Source: Candidatus Woesebacteria bacterium | GTDB taxonomy: Bacteria; Patescibacteriota; Microgenomatia; Woykebacterales; 2-01-FULL-43-14 | Assembly: GCA_020060105.1 (NCBI GenBank) | Contig: JAGVAV010000031.1 | Span: forward strand, 1 to 55,247 | Direction of reading: 5' to 3' | Length of the DNA stretch: 55,247 bases | In this document: one piece after another, positions 52,549-55,247 of the stretch | Layout of the letters: every line of letters starts with the position of its first letter | How positions within the stretch are numbered: position 1 is the stretch's first letter | Program-made: the position numbers and the translations under genes | Notes under the pieces: generated by a model | Told to the model about the DNA's origin: nothing | Databases searched by the model: none | The model's input: only the letters and a program-made list of their open reading frames with translations

Positions 52549-55095
52549 CTATTTCGTCCAGCCTCTTAAGAGTATCGAGAGGTCAAAGACATTCACTCTT
52601 CCGTCGCTGTTTAGGTCTTCCGCGTCAGCCGACTGGTTCCATCTTCTGAGCATCATCGACAGGTCAAAGATATTGACTTTCCCGTCCCGGTTGATATCCG
52701 GACCCTTTGGCGCGGGTGTAACTGGTGGTTGCGGTTGTTCTGGTTGAGGCGGCTCTGGTGGTTGAGGAGGTTCGGGTTGTTCTGGATCCGGAGCAGCCGT
52801 GCTAAAGGTGTAATTTTCGGTGTAGGAAGTATTTCCGGCCGCGTCCGCGCTAACTATTCGGTAGTTGTAAGTCGTCCCGGCGGTCAAACCAGTCAAAGAT
52901 ATCGAATGCGACTTGGCGTAACCTCCAACTGAGACAGAATCAGAGTAAGTGGTGCTGGTCCCATAGTCCACCACCGTCGTAGCGTCCTCGTCAGTGGTCC
53001 AGGAAACAACCGCACTAGTTTGAGTAATGTTGGCCGCGTTTACCCCACTAATGCTCGGGGGTGTGGTGTCGGGAGCGGCGCTTGTCGTAAAGGTCTGATT
53101 GGCACTTCTCGCTGTATTACCAGCTCCATCAGTACTAATTACCTGATAGTGATAAGTTGTACTAGCAGTCAAACCGCTGATCGCCACAGAATGGCTCGTC
53201 ACTAGGCTTGAATCCAAAGCGGTGAAGTTATCATAGTTTTGGCTAGTTCCATATTCAACTTGGGAGGTTGAGCCCTCATCCGTCGACCAGCTAATAACTA
53301 CTGAGCTGGCGCTGATATTTGAAGAAGATACTCCAGAAATTGCCGGAGCGGTCGTATCCGGAACAGCGGTGGTGGTAAAGGTCTGATCCGTGCCTCGACC
53401 GACATTGCCGGCTGAGTCAACGCTTATTACTCGGTAATGGTAAGCCGTCGAGGCGCTTAAGCCTGTGACGGTGACCGAATGGCTGGTCTTAGGATTCGAA
53501 TCAACGGTTGTTGATAAATCGTAAATCATTGCTGTTCCGTATTCAACCTGGGAAGTCGCGTTTTCATCAGTCGTCCAGCTAATCACAACTGAAGTTGGCG
53601 TAACATCAGAATGAGAAACTTGAGAAATTACCGGAGGAGTGGTGTCCTGCTGAGTGGTGTTTACCGTAAAGTTACTCGAACTAGTCACGCTTAAGTTCCC
53701 ACTCGTGGTAACCGTAATCGGTCCGGTCGCCGCGTTAGCCGGCACAGCAGTACGAATCTCAGTGCTGCCCCAGCTGGTAATACTCGCGCTTACATTGTTA
53801 TAGAATCTGACACTTCCTTGAGTCGAGCCGAAATTAGTTCCAGTAATCGTCACGCTGTCTCCCACCACCCCTGAAGTCGGGCTAAAGCTGGTGATGGTTG
53901 GGTCTAGCTGCGCACCAACGGTGGTGGTGAAGGTATAATCGTTGCTACGAGCCTCGTTATCTGCCGCGTCAACGCTGATCACTTGGTAATGATAAGTCGT
54001 GCTGGCAGTTAGCCCGCTAATATTGACGGAATGACTAGTCACTAAATTAGTCGTTTGAGTCGTGGAGGAACCATACCCTGTCGTTGTGCCATACGCGACC
54101 TGAGAGGTCGCTCCTTCATCAGTGGTCCAAGTAATCGTCACTGAAGAGGCCGTGACATTAGTCGCACTGACCGCAGAGATTGTCGGAGCGGTAGTGTCTA
54201 GCGGAGCGGTTACGGTAAAAGTGGTGGTCGGTGAGCCATTCACGCTGTTAACCGTCACCGCTACGGAGCCTTCGCTTAAGCCCGCCGGGACAACAACCTC
54301 AATTGACGAATCCTGCCAGCTATTGATTGTCGCCGCGGTGCTGCCAAAGTAAACTGTTCCCTGCGAAGTCCCAAAGTATTGTCCCCCGATCGTGACCACT
54401 GTTCCCGCCGAACCTGAAGCTGGAGTAATACTGGTAATTGAGGCGGGAGTATCGGTGGCCACGGCAATTGAGATGGAATTGGTGTTTGTCAAAATATCTG
54501 ACGGGGTCGCTGTGGTCGTGGAAGCGTGCTCTACCACGTTAGAATCCGTGGTCACCCCGGTGGTGTGGTCAAAAGAAATAGTCGTGCTGGAAGTAGCCGC
54601 TAAGGCCGTAAAAGTAATCGTGGCAAAAAGCCCAGCCGAACCGCTTGCGTTGGTATAAGAAGCCGAAGGGGTAGAGTTTGCCTCGTCCCAGGCCAAACCG
54701 CTTAGGTAAATCTTTCGATCCGCCGCCCGAGCCGCATCCAAGCCAGCGCTGCAGGTCGTACCGCAGTATTTGCCAAAAATTTGCCCGGGAGTTACTTGGC
54801 TAACAGATAAAACATTGGGATCATAGTTTAAAACGGTATCTACCGCGTCAATGAAGTTGGTATTCGCGTCAAAGTTAATGACCACGTCAAAAGTTTGCCC
54901 TCTGGTAACGTTACTTTGAGAAGAAACCAAAGACAAGGTCACCGGCGTAACGGCCGCTTTACCTTTGAAACTCGTTTGGGTCTGAACTAAATAAACGGAA
55001 ATAGGCAAGGCAATTGCGAGGAAAAATGTCAATAAAACTAAAAAGAGATTATCCTTTATTAAAATAATTTCACTTCTTTTGGGCATCTTAAACAT
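52549..55095 (-). CDS. Large secreted protein: cohesin-like module, 2 IPT/TIG, 4 FN3, Pro-rich linker and dockerin
   Basis: N-terminal anchor helix and a cohesin-like module. Two ITS(I/F)(T/S)PxSG...V(T/I)I(G/T)G..FG units, four ~95-aa FN3 repeats (DTT(A/P)P.IS.VS...V(T/S).SSV.I.W.TDE..TSQVEYGT...YHY.VIS.D.AGN), a PEPPQP linker, and dockerin segments DINRDGKVNIFDLSMML and DLNSDGRVNVFDLSILL. Confidence 0.65.
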   Translation of the reverse strand: MFKMPKRSEIILIKDNLFLVLLTFFLAIALPISVYLVQTQTSFKGKAAVTPVTLSLVSSQSNVTRGQTFDVVINFDANTNFIDAVDTVLNYDPNVLSVSQVTPGQIFGKYCGTTCSAGLDAARAADRKIYLSGLAWDEANSTPSASYTNASGSAGLFATITFTALAATSSTTISFDHTTGVTTDSNVVEHASTTTATPSDILTNTNSISIAVATDTPASITSITPASGSAGTVVTIGGQYFGTSQGTVYFGSTAATINSWQDSSIEVVVPAGLSEGSVAVTVNSVNGSPTTTFTVTAPLDTTAPTISAVSATNVTASSVTITWTTDEGATSQVAYGTTTGYGSSTTQTTNLVTSHSVNISGLTASTTYHYQVISVDAADNEARSNDYTFTTTVGAQLDPTITSFSPTSGVVGDSVTITGTNFGSTQGSVRFYNNVSASITSWGSTEIRTAVPANAATGPITVTTSGNLSVTSSSNFTVNTTQQDTTPPVISQVSHSDVTPTSVVISWTTDENATSQVEYGTAMIYDLSTTVDSNPKTSHSVTVTGLSASTAYHYRVISVDSAGNVGRGTDQTFTTTAVPDTTAPAISGVSSSNISASSVVISWSTDEGSTSQVEYGTSQNYDNFTALDSSLVTSHSVAISGLTASTTYHYQVISTDGAGNTARSANQTFTTSAAPDTTPPSISGVNAANITQTSAVVSWTTDEDATTVVDYGTSTTYSDSVSVGGYAKSHSISLTGLTAGTTYNYRIVSADAAGNTSYTENYTFSTAAPDPEQPEPPQPPEPPQPEQPQPPVTPAPKGPDINRDGKVNIFDLSMMLRRWNQSADAEDLNSDGRVNVFDLSILLRGWTK

Positions 55096-55247
55096 TATTT
55101 ATTTCCTTAATTAATATTTTGACGAACTTTCAGACACTTGTCAAGACCCTGTCCTGGATCAGTACTTTTGAGACAATCCTCCTTTTAAGTAACACTGATA
55201 AGGTGACTGGTATTTAAGTGATTGGTGCGGTCTAACATTATTGTACC

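Noticed and set aside
55096-55247. Promoter for the 848-aa cohesin gene (TTGACA at about 55136-55141 on the minus strand)
   Set aside because: No acceptable -10 hexamer lies at 16-18 nt spacing (the best is CAAAAT), and the window ends shortly after. It is too weak to call.

Overview
This 55.2-kb window looks like a reduced-genome, CPR/Patescibacteria-like bacterium. That is an inference from three things: no uL30 gene between rpsE and rplO, Lys/Glu-rich extensions on several ribosomal proteins, and many small orphan genes. From left to right the window holds: recX-recA (minus strand); tRNA-Pro(GGG); orphan genes and a HAD hydrolase; a NuoF-like gene translationally coupled to an [FeFe]-hydrogenase HydA, plus a membrane protein; a sensor kinase and receiver-only response regulator; an LPDSG surface protein; and lexA with a palindromic operator. 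A visibly AT-rich island of about 7 kb follows. It carries a NYN-domain gene and a complete single-effector type V-A CRISPR-Cas system: cas12a(cpf1)-cas4-cas1-cas2 plus an array of 9 identical 36-nt repeats ending in the TCTAC-TTTT-GTAGA hairpin. This locus is the standout system in the window. Downstream are a large LPETG surface-protein gene split by a 1-nt frameshift, uppS, and a long minus-strand ribosomal superoperon running rpsL-rpsG-fusA-tuf-S10-spc-alpha-rplQ-rplM-rpsI. The window ends with a four-gene cohesin/dockerin (cellulosome-like) surface-protein cluster. No rRNA, transposase or integrase was seen. All calls come from reading the sequence and the ORF track; no database search was run.
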